A DNA stretch of 64,000 nt from Squalus acanthias (GCA_030390025.1 CM059432.1:87546001-87610000), one strand, 5' to 3'; numbered from the stretch's first letter, positions 1-11,610 are shown. Program-made: numbers and translations. The notes: generated by a model not told the origin, from the letters alone.

Positions 1-120
1 CCTCTCCATCCCTCCATCTCAACCTCACTCTATGGCCAGAGGGTCTTAAAACCCCAATGCACAACACTCATCCAACACCTATGGCCCTTTCATCAAACAC
101 ACACACACATTCCACACTTT

Positions 121-228
121 GCATACAGTAAGGGCTATTCACCTATGGGAGGCACATCAGGCAAGACCATGGCTGCATACAGTAAGGGCTATTCACCTAT
201 GGGAGGCACATCAGGCAAGACCATGGCT
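121..228. repeat. Perfect 54-bp tandem duplication in the putative intron of the Myb-partner gene
   Basis: gcatacagtaagggctattcacctatgggaggcacatcaggcaagaccatggct occurs at 121-174 and 175-228. Confidence 0.95.
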
Positions 229-263
229 GTATATTTACTCAGATGCTGTCCTTTTTCTTGCAG

Positions 264-426
264 GCCAAGCTGGCTCATAATAGGAGACAGCAGCAACGGA
301 CAGGTGGAGGGCGGCCTCAGCTGCAACCCCTCAGCGATCTTGAGGAGCGCGTCCACAGGATTGTGGCAAGCCGGGTGATCGGTCCCGTCGCCACTGGAGA
401 CGCCGACCCCGTTCTGGACAGCAATG
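264..426 (+). CDS. Internal exon of the Harbinger Myb/SANT-like partner gene
   Basis: Acceptor ttcttgcag ends at 263 and donor GTAAGG starts at 427. Encodes AKLAHNRRQQQRTGGGRPQLQPLSDLEERV. The HN..(R)TGGG.P motif follows the trihelix/Myb domain in Harbinger partner proteins and recurs in relics at ~5800 and 50551. Confidence 0.8.
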
Positions 427-585
427 GTAAGGTCATCACCTTTTTGTCCTCTGTCCTTCCACTTGTCCCTCACAACACCAGCCTTTGACACTTTCAATCC
501 AACTTGCTAACTCGCTGCACTTATTCCTCCCTTACTGCCACCCTGTCCTCACGCTAAAGCCACTCTTGTACCTCCCTGCTTTCAG

Positions 586-1569
586 ATGGTGATTCACCAG
601 CTGAGGAGACGGGCCCTGAAGCTGCCACTGGGAGTGATGCTGCAGCTGAGGAGGAAGAGGAAGCCAGAGCATCAGTGCCACCCTCTCCCGAGGAAGCCCA
701 TGCCGACACTGGGAACACGCCTTCCCCGGAGGGGAGCAGGGGGGAAGGGGCTGATGAGGGTGAAGCTCCAGGACCCAGTGGGCTGCAGCAACGCCATGGG
801 GGGGGGGGGTAGGGAAGAACGGGGGCCTTTTCCCCAGAGGGAGAGTATGCCAGACACTCCTACTGCAATGGACGCAGAGGAGGAGCGGCTGATCGCAGAA
901 ATGAACACCCAGGCAGTGGGCATGCACACTGAGCTCATGGGTGCAGTGGGAAGGGTGCCCGAATGCATTGAGTCACTGGCAAGGAGTGTGGAGCACTTCG
1001 CTGTAGCACAGGCGGATGCCACACTAACGCTTAGTGCTGCAATTCAGTCACTGGCTGCCGTGATCCCATCTCTGACTGCTCTGATACAGACTCAGATTGA
1101 GGCCACGCGAGCACAGACTGCTGCCAACCTCGATGGTTCGTGCACATGTCCCCGGGGCTGTCACCGTGCCGCAGCAGGCCAGCAATCTGTTCTCCGGCAG
1201 ATTGCTCCGGATGCTGAAGTGCTGCCCCGTGGGAGTGCCAGTGTGTCGGGCGAGCAGGGAGTTGCTGTCCTCTCTCACGATGACAGCATTCCTGCTGCCA
1301 ACACTGTCACTTCTCCACTGCACTTGCCACCGCCTGTAGGACAGACTGCTGCCGCCCATGCAGAGTTGGTGCAGTCTGCAGCCGGGCCCTCCAGGCCCAG
1401 AAGTGGTCGAGGCCGTCCTTCAGGGGCATCTGCAGTGTCAGGGTCTGACGAGCAGCAGCCTTCCACCAGCCTTGCTGCAGCCACTGAGGTCCCATTACGG
1501 AGGAGCAGTAGGGTTAGAAGGGGGGAAGTGCGCAAGGGAAGGAGATCACCCTCGAAGGGCAAAAAGTAG
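586..1569 (+). CDS. Last exon of the Myb-partner gene, with an apparent +1 frameshift at G12 (798-809)
   Basis: Acceptor ttcag ends at 585. The phase-1 splice reads DGDSPAEE...APGPSGLQQRHGGGG* (TAG 810-812). Removing one G joins this to the long open frame REERGPF...KGKK*. AATAAA at 1747. Confidence 0.7.
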   Translation: MVIHQLRRRALKLPLGVMLQLRRKRKPEHQCHPLPRKPMPTLGTRLPRRGAGGKGLMRVKLQDPVGCSNAMGGGGREERGPFPQRESMPDTPTAMDAEEERLIAEMNTQAVGMHTELMGAVGRVPECIESLARSVEHFAVAQADATLTLSAAIQSLAAVIPSLTALIQTQIEATRAQTAANLDGSCTCPRGCHRAAAGQQSVLRQIAPDAEVLPRGSASVSGEQGVAVLSHDDSIPAANTVTSPLHLPPPVGQTAAAHAELVQSAAGPSRPRSGRGRPSGASAVSGSDEQQPSTSLAAATEVPLRRSSRVRRGEVRKGRRSPSKGKK

Positions 1570-1863
1570 GAGGTGTGACAAAACGCTGGTCATTTTTTTA
1601 TTAAAGGTCGAGGTTCGTGGTCCAACTTTTGTTTAGTGTTTTGGACATTATCTCCAGGTTGTGAGAACCAGTTATGTTATTGACTGTTTTTTTGTGTTTA
1701 TTTCTATGAGTTTGTCATGAGGAATTGACACACACAGAGTTTGTAAAATAAATAAGTTTCTGTATTCAAAATATACATGGTTGGTCGTTGGAATTATTGG
1801 TGCCTTGGCCGGCTTAGGGGTTGCGTGCTGGGTTCATTAATGTTGGTAGCAATGGCAGGGGCC

Positions 1864-3024
1864 CTAGAAGCGGCTTGCTATTAGCCGTTGACGGACGGCC
1901 CTTGCAGTTTGACCATTGTGGGCCGCCCTCCTGCCTTGGTGCTGCTGATGATCATCATCCTCGTCCTCTTCCTCCTCTTCCTCCTCCTCCTCTGGTGGTG
2001 CTCCAAGGCCTGGTGGCATTGGCTGGGTCCTGAGGATTGCCATGTTATGCAACATGCAGCACATGACTACGAAGTTCGATACTCGCTCAGGCGAGTACTG
2101 CAGGGCTCCTCCGGAATGGTCCAGACAGCGGAACCGTTGCTTGAGCACGCCGATTGTGCGCTCAATAATGTTCCTGGTTGCTTGATGGCTCTCATTGTAC
2201 CGCAGCTCAGCAGGGGTGTTGGGCGTACGGAGCGGTGTCATCAGCCAGGTGCTCAATGCATACCCCTTGTCCCCGAGAAGCCAACCAACTGGCTGATGCG
2301 GTGCCTCAAAAAGTTCTGCCACAGTAGTCTGGCGCAGGATAAAAGCATCGTGGCAGCTGCCAGGATACTGGGCATTGACAGCGAGTATCAGCTGTCTGTG
2401 GTCACAGACCAACTGGACATTCAAGGAATGGAACCCCTTTCTGTTCCTGAATTCCTCTGCATTCTCACGCGGAGCACGCAAAGCCACATGCGTGCAGTCA
2501 ATGGCGCCCTGCACCATGGGGAAGCCCGCTACCCTCGCAAAGCCCAGAGCGCGGTCACGCTGCTTGTCTGGGGTCATGGGGAAAGAGATGAACTCTCGTC
2601 TCCTTCTGAAGAGGGCATTTGTGACCTGCCGGATGCAGCAATGCACCGCGAACTGGGAGATATTGGCGAGGTCCCCAGCAGCAGCTTGGAATGAGCCAGT
2701 GGCGTAAAAGTTCAAAGCCACTGTGACCTTCACTGCCACCGACAGAGACGTCCTGGACCTCAGTTGAGGCTGCAGATCTGGCTGCAGCAGGTGGCAGAGC
2801 TCAGTGACCACCTCCTTGCTGAATCGCAGCCTTCGCAAACACAGCTCCTCAGACATATGGATGTAGGAGAGCTGTTCACAATATACCCTGGGAGGGTAAG
2901 CTCTCCTGTACATACGCCTGATGGCCCTCCTCCGTCTGGCCATCATTGCCACTCTCTCTCTGCGTCTCTGTATCCTCCGATTCAGCTGGAGCAGGACGAC
3001 GCCCCCAATCAGTGCAGCCCCCAT
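1864..3024 (-). CDS. PIF/Harbinger DDE transposase (HARBI1-like nuclease family), intact, ~386 aa
   Basis: Motifs LRRLRF, ALNFYATG, GAIDCTHV, NRKGFHSLNVQLVCD, GSCHDAFIL, LLGDKGY, RNIIERTIGVLKQRFRCL, CCMLHN and an acidic tail. The first ATG is at 3024; the ORF-track start at 3093 is TTG. Confidence 0.95.
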   Translation of the reverse strand: MGAALIGGVVLLQLNRRIQRRRERVAMMARRRRAIRRMYRRAYPPRVYCEQLSYIHMSEELCLRRLRFSKEVVTELCHLLQPDLQPQLRSRTSLSVAVKVTVALNFYATGSFQAAAGDLANISQFAVHCCIRQVTNALFRRRREFISFPMTPDKQRDRALGFARVAGFPMVQGAIDCTHVALRAPRENAEEFRNRKGFHSLNVQLVCDHRQLILAVNAQYPGSCHDAFILRQTTVAELFEAPHQPVGWLLGDKGYALSTWLMTPLRTPNTPAELRYNESHQATRNIIERTIGVLKQRFRCLDHSGGALQYSPERVSNFVVMCCMLHNMAILRTQPMPPGLGAPPEEEEEEEEEDEDDDHQQHQGRRAAHNGQTARAVRQRLIASRF

Positions 3025-3220
3025 ATTCTCTTTGCAAGCAAAGTAATGAGGGACAGCAACTAAAGTAGCAGCAAAGTTAGGATCAATAGGCAAAACTACC
3101 TCACAAAGCGTTGAGTCAATGTAGAAGTCTCTCTCTCTCTCTCTCCCCGAATCTCTCTCTCTCTCTCAGAACGAGTGGTGCATAAATGTCGACCACAGAA
3201 AAAGACAGGAAGAGGCCCCC

Positions 3221-3365
3221 TTTAAATAGTGCCCCCCCCAGCCCCACAGCGATTGATAGCGTTCCAGTCTTCCGGTCGTTGGAAGCGCCAGGCGGTAAGG
3301 CAGGGGGCGCCACTCAATTTCCGCTCCGGGGCGCCACAAGGGCGTTGCACCATGGAATGACGTCA
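3221..3365 (-). promoter_or_regulatory. Putative transposase promoter module (TATTTAAA plus CRE-like TGACGTCA)
   Basis: TATTTAAA on the minus strand at 3221-3228 and TGACGTCA at 3358-3365. The same pair occurs at 33484/33621 and at 49893/49861. A (CT)n tract lies at 3127-3167. Confidence 0.45.
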
Positions 3366-3541
3366 CAATCTGCGCGCGCAGGTGGTCATAGCGGTAAGTT
3401 TTAGCGCCGCCGCACAATCTCAAGTTAAGTTCTCGAGCGGCGCAAACATCGCTGCGCCCGGGCGTTAGCGGCTTTGCGCCCCATTAGCGCCCTCTTAAGG
3501 CGCTAACGGGAGGCGCAACCAACTGAATTTTTACCCCCTAA

Positions 3542-4185
3542 TGTTCCTCCTCATCTCTCTGCGCACATGTTCTCACATTTCTCGCTGCCGACGCTCCCTC
3601 CTTCATAGATCCTGGAGGGCGAGGTTGACTGCCAGTACAGCCCCCATTAATGTTACCAAGTGTAGAAGTTTGAATCTTTGAAGAATAAATGTAGCTACTT
3701 TTTAGTTGCCAGAAGACTCCTGATACAAAAGAACCTTGAAATTACTGAATGAAACTATTGCAGTGGGTGAAACTAACAAAAAAACACTGAAACTGCACTA
3801 ACCTGACAGCTGCGAGTGATTACTGAATATCCCTTTAAATAACATCCCTGGAGCCGGCTTGCTGGTGCTGCACACTAGCTCTCCCTGTCGGTGTTTACTC
3901 CAGGCGGTGATCTAAGTGGCGAAAATCAATTTTGCAAATTGGGCGGTCAGTGAGCATTGCACACTCACTAATGTCACAATCTACCTGACGTTGACATTCC
4001 TGCCGATACCTCTTACCGATGGTGCTACGGCGGGGGGGGGGGGGGGGGGGGGGGCGGGGGGGCGGGGGGGCGGATTTGGGGTGCGCTGCTGGATTCGCCT
4101 CACCCCGGCGATACTGGTCTAGCGCCCCATTAGCGCCATCTACTGGCACTAACGGGAGGCGCAAAGGGGACGAATTTTTCTCCCC
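3542..4185 (-). mobile_element. Older Harbinger relic (transposase N-terminus plus right end) into which the young element inserted
   Basis: Minus strand from ATG 3647 reads MGAVLAVNLALQDL*RRERRQREM*EHVRREMRRN up to the TAA junction. Terminus GAATTTTTCTCCCC at 4185 with the shared gccccattagcgcc...ctaacgggaggcgcaa block. Confidence 0.8.
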
Positions 4186-4747
4186 TGATCTTCTATGGGC
4201 TTCTGACACTGCAGCAGTGGGGCTCAAAATCAAAGTAGCAACAGGAATTAGGAATCCTGTTCTCTAACGCAGATGCATGGACAATGCCCATGAAATGCAA
4301 ACTGGCCATGTCAAATATAGATGATCAGAGATTTCTAAACTTGTCTGTATTTTTCCCATTTTTGTAATAATAGGCAGAACAAAGTAATATGTGTGGGTAA
4401 GAAACACATATCTGTTGCTTCAGTCATTAAATATCACAAGCTTGGCACTTGGTTGCTGCTGAAACATTTTTCTCAGAAAAGATATGTTTACTTTATTAAT
4501 GCTTTTCCTGAAAAAGGTGTATTTCATAATGTGAATCTATTATCTTGGGTTAGAAATGAAGCCAGATAAAACGGAGTGAAACAACTCAGCTTGGTAAGTA
4601 GGTTTCTTTAATGCCGGCTGAAATCCAAAACAACTGGTGCTTAGAGAGGCAGACTGTGCAAGACAGAAGGATGAAAAATGGGAAGAAAGAAAAACAAAAA
4701 CTCATATTGAAATTGACTATTTGCTTTGAAAGAATGCTTACTAATAT

Positions 4748-4955
4748 ATCATAGAATCTTATAGCACAGAAGGAGGCCATTCGGCCTGTAGTGCCCATGC
4801 CGGCTCTTTGAAAGAGCGATCCAATTAGTGCCAAAACCCCGGCTCTTTCCCCGTAGCCATGGAAATTTTTATTTTTCAGACATATATCGAATTCCCTTTT
4901 GAAAGTTACTATTGAAACTGCTTGAACCACCCTTTCAGGCAGTGCATTCCAGGAA
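4748..4955 (-). mobile_element. CR1-clade LINE 3' fragment
   Basis: WNALPERVV...FKREFD...GYGERAG C-terminus, plus a CR1-type 3' UTR and (ttctatga)-type tail. Confidence 0.8.
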
Positions 4956-5129
4956 GGGATACTTCCGAGGATAAAAAACAAAGAAAGCAGGGGGGAGGTA
5001 GAAGGGGTTGGGGGAAAATGTCATAAACAATTTTGTGGATAAATCATTCACTCACTTATACAGTGAAATAAACTTACTTACACTTCCTGTCAATCGTGTG
5101 CTTGTGCTTTGCAGCCTAGATTTTGCACT

Positions 5130-6920
5130 GGGGAGGAATTCTGAGCAGAAGTAGGGTGGAGTCTGATTTGTGCCCCTTGTTGTGAAGTGGACTGATTGCT
5201 CTCATTTCTGGGGTTAGCGTAATCTAAATATTCAGATTGAGCTTCAGGTGTCAGGAACGGCACTGATTGGGAGCTCACCTTTTGGGGGTGACAACCAACG
5301 CTCTCCTCATTTTTTTTTGCGTGCACGGTCCCTTTAACGGGCTGTGCGGCCCATTCAAAATTGCGCGCATGCGCAAAATCTCCCATTCAAAAGCCGGTAA
5401 GCGGCCTGCGCGGGACCTCCAGACAGCTGTGTGGCCGAGCAACTTAGCGGAAGCGTTGGTGGCAACTAGTGTACTGCTAAACAGTGCAATCTGAGAGGGC
5501 ATATCGGAATAACAGACAGGGAAGATAGCAGGCCCATTACATAGCCTATCTAGTTTTTTATCCATTAATAGTAATTGGCAGCTGATCAGACAGACTATAA
5601 GATGGCCCTGTCATCCTTCACGTCTGATATCGTGATGTGCATTCCCAGCATGCACTGCTCTGCACCAGGAGTGCAAAAGAGAAAGATTCCCTTTCTAATT
5701 GCTTGGTGCATGCAACTATCATCACGGGCTGCGTACTGTTACAGGGTTTGTACTTCCTCTCTTGTTAAACAAAGGTAATTCTCATTTTTGTATAATTTTT
5801 CATAACAGCAAAGAGAGAGCAACGACAGGTGGTGGACCCCCCAAACCACCACTTCCTCATCCACTACAACGAGGGAGTTCTCCAAATGCTGGAGAGAGGC
5901 CACAGAGGGGGTCAGAGATTGGGAAGTAGGAAGGCGGGTGCCAGCGGGGGGGACGGGGGTGCGGGTGGGCTTCATGATGATATTCTACTTCTCTCCCTGC
6001 TGGCATTCCTCGTACTGAAAGTCACATGTGAAAGTTTGCTTCTTGGCAACCATTCTAACATCTCTTCCTTTTTTCCTCCTTTAGACATGCCAGAGGAAGC
6101 AAACATCCGTGGAGTTGGCCTTACCAGTACTTCAGAGTACATAGTCAAGCATCAGCAAGAAACATCCACCCAGAAGAATTAGTGAGCCGGAGGGAAGTGC
6201 ACTGGATGACACACAGAGCACGAGTGAGCAGGAGCGGCTGGGGATGGAACATAAGGAGGGAGACATTGCTGACTGGGTCCTGCTTTTAATTGAAGGATGC
6301 TTGCAATTCATCAAGTGCATGTGCAGGCACTGGGGGCTCTGACAGTCAGTGCGTTTTAGATGACGGAATGAGTGGTACCTTGATGAACATCTTGGCATCA
6401 GTGCTGTCCAACCTGGACATATGGCAGCTCCCAGGACATCTCAGCAGAGGAGCCCCTCAGAGCAGCCTATGCTTCCTCTATGGATGATCAGACTGCTGTC
6501 ACAGAGGTCTAAGGTGGCAGAATGGACAGGGCTGTCACTTCCGATCTCCAAACGATGGGGGCTGGGCTGCAGACAGTTATTTCTCCTTGGGTTTTACTGC
6601 ACCTCTTGGTAAACGCTCTTAACCAGAGTGCAGTGTGAAGGGTTAGTTGTGGAAAAGTTGCTTTAAGAGGGTGAAGAGTGTGCTGGTGCCCAGGGTGGAC
6701 AAGGAAAGAAAGGAGAGAGTACCTCCTAATTGGTTGCTAAAGAGTACAGGCTGAACTGTGTTTTTAAAGGCTGCATGGAAGTTTCCAGGTAGTTCAGCTG
6801 CTTTCACCTGTTTTACACCAGTTTTACATTCATACCTGCACCAATGGGAATTAGTGAGCAGACCTGGGAAACTCACGTGTAACTCCCTCTAGAGGTCACT
6901 GGTGGGTGCAATTTTCTTTT
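5130..6920 (+). mobile_element. Degenerate Harbinger relic (Myb-gene exon remnants)
   Basis: FHNSKERATTGGGPP at ~5797-5842 and a CpG/GCGCATGCGC-rich left part. Boundaries uncertain. Confidence 0.5.
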
Positions 6921-7142
6921 CAAAGGAGGAACTCATTTTGAGGAAATTGTAAGACATGGTGGCGGTTCCCAAGAAAGTTAGATAGAACGTATAGCACAGA
7001 AACAGAATATTCGGCCCAACTGGTCCATGCCAGTGTTTATGCTCCACCTGATCTTCCTCTCACCCCTGAAAGTGAGCATTCACTTATGCATTGGTATGCA
7101 GCTGGTCACAAATGAACTACACACTGAGAGAGTGGAAACCTT

Positions 7143-9370
7143 GGGGGAAAAATTGGACATTGACAGAAATCTGCCGATGTCACCGCGGCCTTGGTTTACG
7201 GCCGCTGAAAATGGCCGCAGCGCTACCGGGCAAAAATTCGCGCTGGGGGTTGGAGATTTGTAGCCCAGCGCTAACTTACCATGTAACGCCCTCCTGGTGG
7301 CGTTAGTGGAGGCATCCGACCCGGAGTTCCCATCCTGAAGTGACGTTGCAGCTTCTTACAGCCTCTGGGAGCGAGGCTGTGAAGTTCGCAATGAATTGTG
7401 GGCAATTAAAAGGGCTATGAATTAAAGGGGCAATGCGTTCAGAACTAATAAAAATTATAATCAAGTGCAAAAATGCATTTTTCAGACCCTACTGCCTTTC
7501 AAAAAAAAAACATTTACATTAAAAAGAAGTCCCAAATAGGGGTCTTCAGCACTTAAAGCTGAATTCCCTTCCGAACCTCAAAACATGGGACAAGTGCTTC
7601 AGCACTAACACAAATGACTCAGCAAGCCAGGGAAGGGACACCCAGGGTCTAGCACTTAGCACTCCAGCTTTGTGCCGGGGATTAACACTGCAAGACAGGT
7701 CCTCTACCCACAGCGGCCAGGAAGCCCTCCAGAAAGAAGGATGTGGGACCACATTACCGAGGCCATCACTGCCAGCAGTATCACCTTCACCACCTGGCTC
7801 CAGTGCCCAAAGAAGCTTCATGACCTGAGGCCACTGGTCAAGGTCAGTGAATGCATCTTCAAAAGCTGTCTCCTACCAACTGCACCACTAGCCTCACACA
7901 CTGCTCAATGCATGACTCCCTCCCTCCCCCAATCACTCACCTACGAACAATCTGCACCAATCACGAGGCACATCTCCCATTCCTAGCCTCACCTCAACCC
8001 CTTGAAGGAGAAGGAGCAGGCCATTCTTGGCAGGGGCATGGCTGAGCCCTTGGCCAGCGGCAGGGCAGAAAGGATACAAAATGCTGGTATCCTCATACGT
8101 TATTCTCCTTCTCGCATGCACCTCTTGCTTTCCTGCCCTCCCCTCACCACACCTCCACCCTTGTGCCTTCCTCATTTCACACACCCAAGAAATGCAGCCT
8201 GCCCAGCCAGTGGTTGACCAAGAAGAGGGAGAGGAGAGTGAAGCAGAAGAAGAAGAAACACCGTCACTCGATTTGACACTCACAGCCACCAGCTCCTCAA
8301 GGTCGACCAGCAAGGCCATTTGCAGTGCCCCCCACTGAAAGTCAGCAGCCTTCCACCAGCCATGCTGCAGTCACTGGGGTAGCACTGTGTGACGTCAGTA
8401 GGATAGGCAAAGGCACACACAAGACAGTCACTAAAGGAATGCATAAGGGTGATGAGTTGATTTCTTGATGTCACATTGGATGGATAGATGTATAAAGTTG
8501 GATTGGAAAGTTTGCTTTGTGGTGGCTTTTATTTCAGCATTGTGGCTAAGACGACGCTGTGATGGTCAATAACAGAGGGAAGGTAAGGTGTGGGACTAAT
8601 GTTGAAAGGGGAATTGGGGTTGTGGTCACTGGTACTGCGGGCGGATCATTCAATCCCGGATATCCCAGCCAGAAAGGGGTTGTCTGGGTTGCACCCTCCT
8701 CTTCTGCTTCCTCCTTTTCGGCTTCTTCCTCTTCTGTGTCTTCCTCTTCCCTCTGCGAGCGGATGCTGTAAATCTGAAATGACAGCATAAAATGCTGGAA
8801 ATACTCAGCTGGTCAGGCAGCATCCTGACCTGAGACGTGAACTCTGTTTCTCTCTCCACAGATGTTGCCTGACCTGCTGAGATTTACAGCATTTTATGAA
8901 TTCTCTGTCTCCTTCCTTTACCATCTGAGGCCTTTCAAGCATCCAGCAGCACTCCCTACACACTTAAAAATCTTTTAACATGTACTGCACCAAGCCACTA
9001 CTTCAATAAAATCAAAAACCCTGTTCAAAAGCTTAAATGTAAACTTACCTGAAAGATGTCTATGTCTCTTTGAGAGTTGCTAACAGCACCTCTGTCAGTC
9101 TGCTTGCACGCTGGGTTTACCTGGCGTGCTTAGGACCCAGTGCTGAACTCAGTGCTATGGTCAAAGTTCGCCCTGGCTGATGCCGACTGATGCCACCAGA
9201 GCGCCATTTTTCTTTTCAGGACGATGCTACTTATCGGCAGCGCTACCGGGACTTTGAAAATGGAGGATGTCGCGCGACCTGCCACCAGCTGGCGGAAGAG
9301 CGGCGGCTGCCACTTTCTTGACTTAACGGTGCGCTAACGGGTGGCGCTAAGGTAGGAAATTTCTTCCCCC
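7143..9370 (+). mobile_element. Degenerate Harbinger with Myb-domain exon and transposase remnants
   Basis: Ends GGGGGAAAAATT / AATTTCTTCCCCC. RQVLYP...W..I...TWLQCPKKLHDLRPLVK|gtcagt at ~7690-7842. Acidic exon EEGEESEAEEEETPSLDL, and an acidic tail on the minus strand at ~8700. Confidence 0.7.
8763..8898. repeat. Short palindromic element derived from a Penelope-like 3' terminus
   Basis: aaaatgctggaaatactcagc.ggtcaggcagcatc and its reverse complement. Matches 26490-26580. Confidence 0.75.
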
Positions 9371-11610
9371 TTATCTGTTCAATTATGTATTTGATCAAGG
9401 GAATGTGACCAAATGGGTCAAATCTTTGACTCCTGGGACTTTGTGGATTCTGCCAGACGGCGCTAAGTTATTTTTTAAAGCGTCCAGAAATGTGTAAGCT
9501 AGTTCCTTCAAACTGACTTCCACTTTCAGTGTAATGGCTAACAACCCTGGATGCCAGTTTTCTACTGGTGTGTTTATGATTCAGCACAAATGATGGAAAA
9601 TGGAACATATGGCATCAGCACATCATTATCATCTCATTCACAGTCAAACACTGAAAAGTTCGGCAGGCTCAGAAATAGATGGAGATCCGGCCCCGTTTTC
9701 CACTGCTGTATGCCCAATTACCTTCCTAAAACCAGGTGAAACATGCCAGGTGTGTTCCTGATGGAAGAGGAGGAGCTATCCCTGGGTAACATTTCTGACT
9801 TTAGAGAAATGTACGTTTAGAGGGAACATCTTTTGATTAAACATCACCCACTGTTTGGCTCTGCTGCTTTCTATACTGAAAATCAAAGGATCAGCATATT
9901 TACATAATAAAAGACAGACAGCCATGCCACAATAACATCGGGGTGAGAGGTGGGAAAGCAATGTACCAGTCTATGGAGCACCCCAAGTTGGAGGAGGATG
10001 GGAGGGGAGGACATTTCATGTGGTGGGAAGTCGGAGACCTGGTGCAATATAAAGATATAAAACCTGTTGCTGGTTAAAGGGGCAATGGCATCACCGCAGG
10101 AGGCTTCCAAACTTGGATAATGAGGTGGCAGCAAAGGGCAAGAGAAGGGCAGCACACTTTTCCAAGTAGAGAGTGCTGATGACGGTTTTGTTACTGAGTG
10201 ATAGACAGAGCACGAGGTCCCGGATGAGTTACGAGTTACAGTGGAGTCTGACACTGCTGAGCAGAGGCTAAGTAGATGCCAGTCCCCTGGACGAAGAACC
10301 TGTGGACTCCAATCTCAGAAGTACTGCTCTGAAAAGAAGGAGGCTGGATGAGCCTCACAACGACAGGCAGGGATTCAGGCGCACCTTAGAGGATGCGAGG
10401 CAGGTGACAATACCGCAGACTCCATTGATATCCTTTTTGCCAACATCTACAATGCAGCACTGCTTGGACTGAGTGGCAGCTTCAGGAGCATCTACATCCC
10501 TCCCAATAATAGGAAGGCCTCCAGACCAACATGGAGGCATTGACTACGAGCCTACAAGCCTTCAGAGGCCGTTTGGAGAGAACTAGGACAACTGCTTCTG
10601 AGATCATATGGGGAATCATCTGTCATAGATTCCAGGATCTCAAAGCTGTAATTTCTTAGGGTTTGCAGGATCTAATTGCCACCATTAGGTCTTCCCTTCC
10701 ACTGATCAGTGGCCAGTTAGGTCCAGGGTCCTGTGCAAGTGGTATGGCAAGAGTCAGCCTGCATGATGCTCCTCTCACTCCTCATGGCAGCACATATGAG
10801 CTTTCCAGTTAGCCCCCTCAAATGCCTCTACAAGTAGGTGAAGGAGACACAAGCAGACTGCCCATGCATAACAGATAGAGATGGTACCTTTAGCAGGGTT
10901 CTCCTGGGACTCAGCTGCCCCAAGACAGGGGATACATCAGTCGCAAGAAGCTCATATTCCCATATTGCAGCCAAGGACATCTGGCATCTCTGGCTTACAA
11001 ATAGCACCTAGATGGAGCACCAGAATAGGCTTAAAGAAAGTACCGGGCAGCAAGGGGAAGCATGATGTTAAGAAAAAAGATTTGGGCCCTGAATTTCCAC
11101 AGTGTAATGGAAGTAGCGTCCTGTGCTACCTTTCACTCTAAAACGTCTTGTACAGAAAATATTTTACATAATTAAATACTTTGGCCTAGAATTTCCTCAC
11201 TGTTGTACATGGATAAAGCAGCTTCTACCCAACTTCCCTTGTAGAAAATTTGCCAACGCCGTTCCAACACAGTAAATGTGCCAGAAACTGTGAGAAAATT
11301 CACCCCCTCTACAAATAGATACAATTTCAACAGGAGTGAAGAAATATTTTGAGGTACAATCTGTAAGCTTGTCCAATTTTTCCTTTCGCTTGATGAGCCA
11401 CTTCTCAGCATCCCGTGGCCCTCCATTCGGCATTCCGACTGAGCTGAAGAAACTCACCCAGCCAAAGCAGCAGATTGGTAATGGTAGGCGGCTCCAAAAC
11501 CATTCTCTAATTTTGTGATATGTTTTCAGAATGGCAATGACAGAACTGCACTGGTTAATAATAAATAAAAAGCAAGCTCAATGTAGACCAATAAAGTTAT
11601 TTTAGTAATA

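Larger units (their letters stand above)
1..3538. mobile_element. Young autonomous-type PIF/Harbinger DNA transposon (left end lies outside the window)
   Basis: Convergent transposase and Myb-partner genes. Right terminus GAATTTTTACCCCC ends at 3538 and is followed by TAA (3539-3541), the typical TWA target. Subterminal region is CpG-rich with repeated TTAGCGCC/GGCGCTAA. Confidence 0.92.

Noticed and set aside
1888..2694. 268-aa plus-strand ORF
   Set aside because: Antisense shadow of the transposase with no recognisable motifs.
1864..3093. Host HARBI1 gene, or a start at 3093
   Set aside because: The TIR/TAA end, partner gene and nested context indicate a transposon. 3093 is a TTG, and the first ATG is at 3024.
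4030..4070. Long G-run as a functional element
   Set aside because: A homopolymer expansion within a decayed transposon end, and its length is unreliable.
4540..4600. Candidate exon ending at TTG|GTAAGT
   Set aside because: Stops in the upstream frames and no convincing acceptor.
9414..11200. Further possible Harbinger relic(s)
   Set aside because: There are TIR-like starts and faint exon-like sequence, but it is too decayed to support boundaries.
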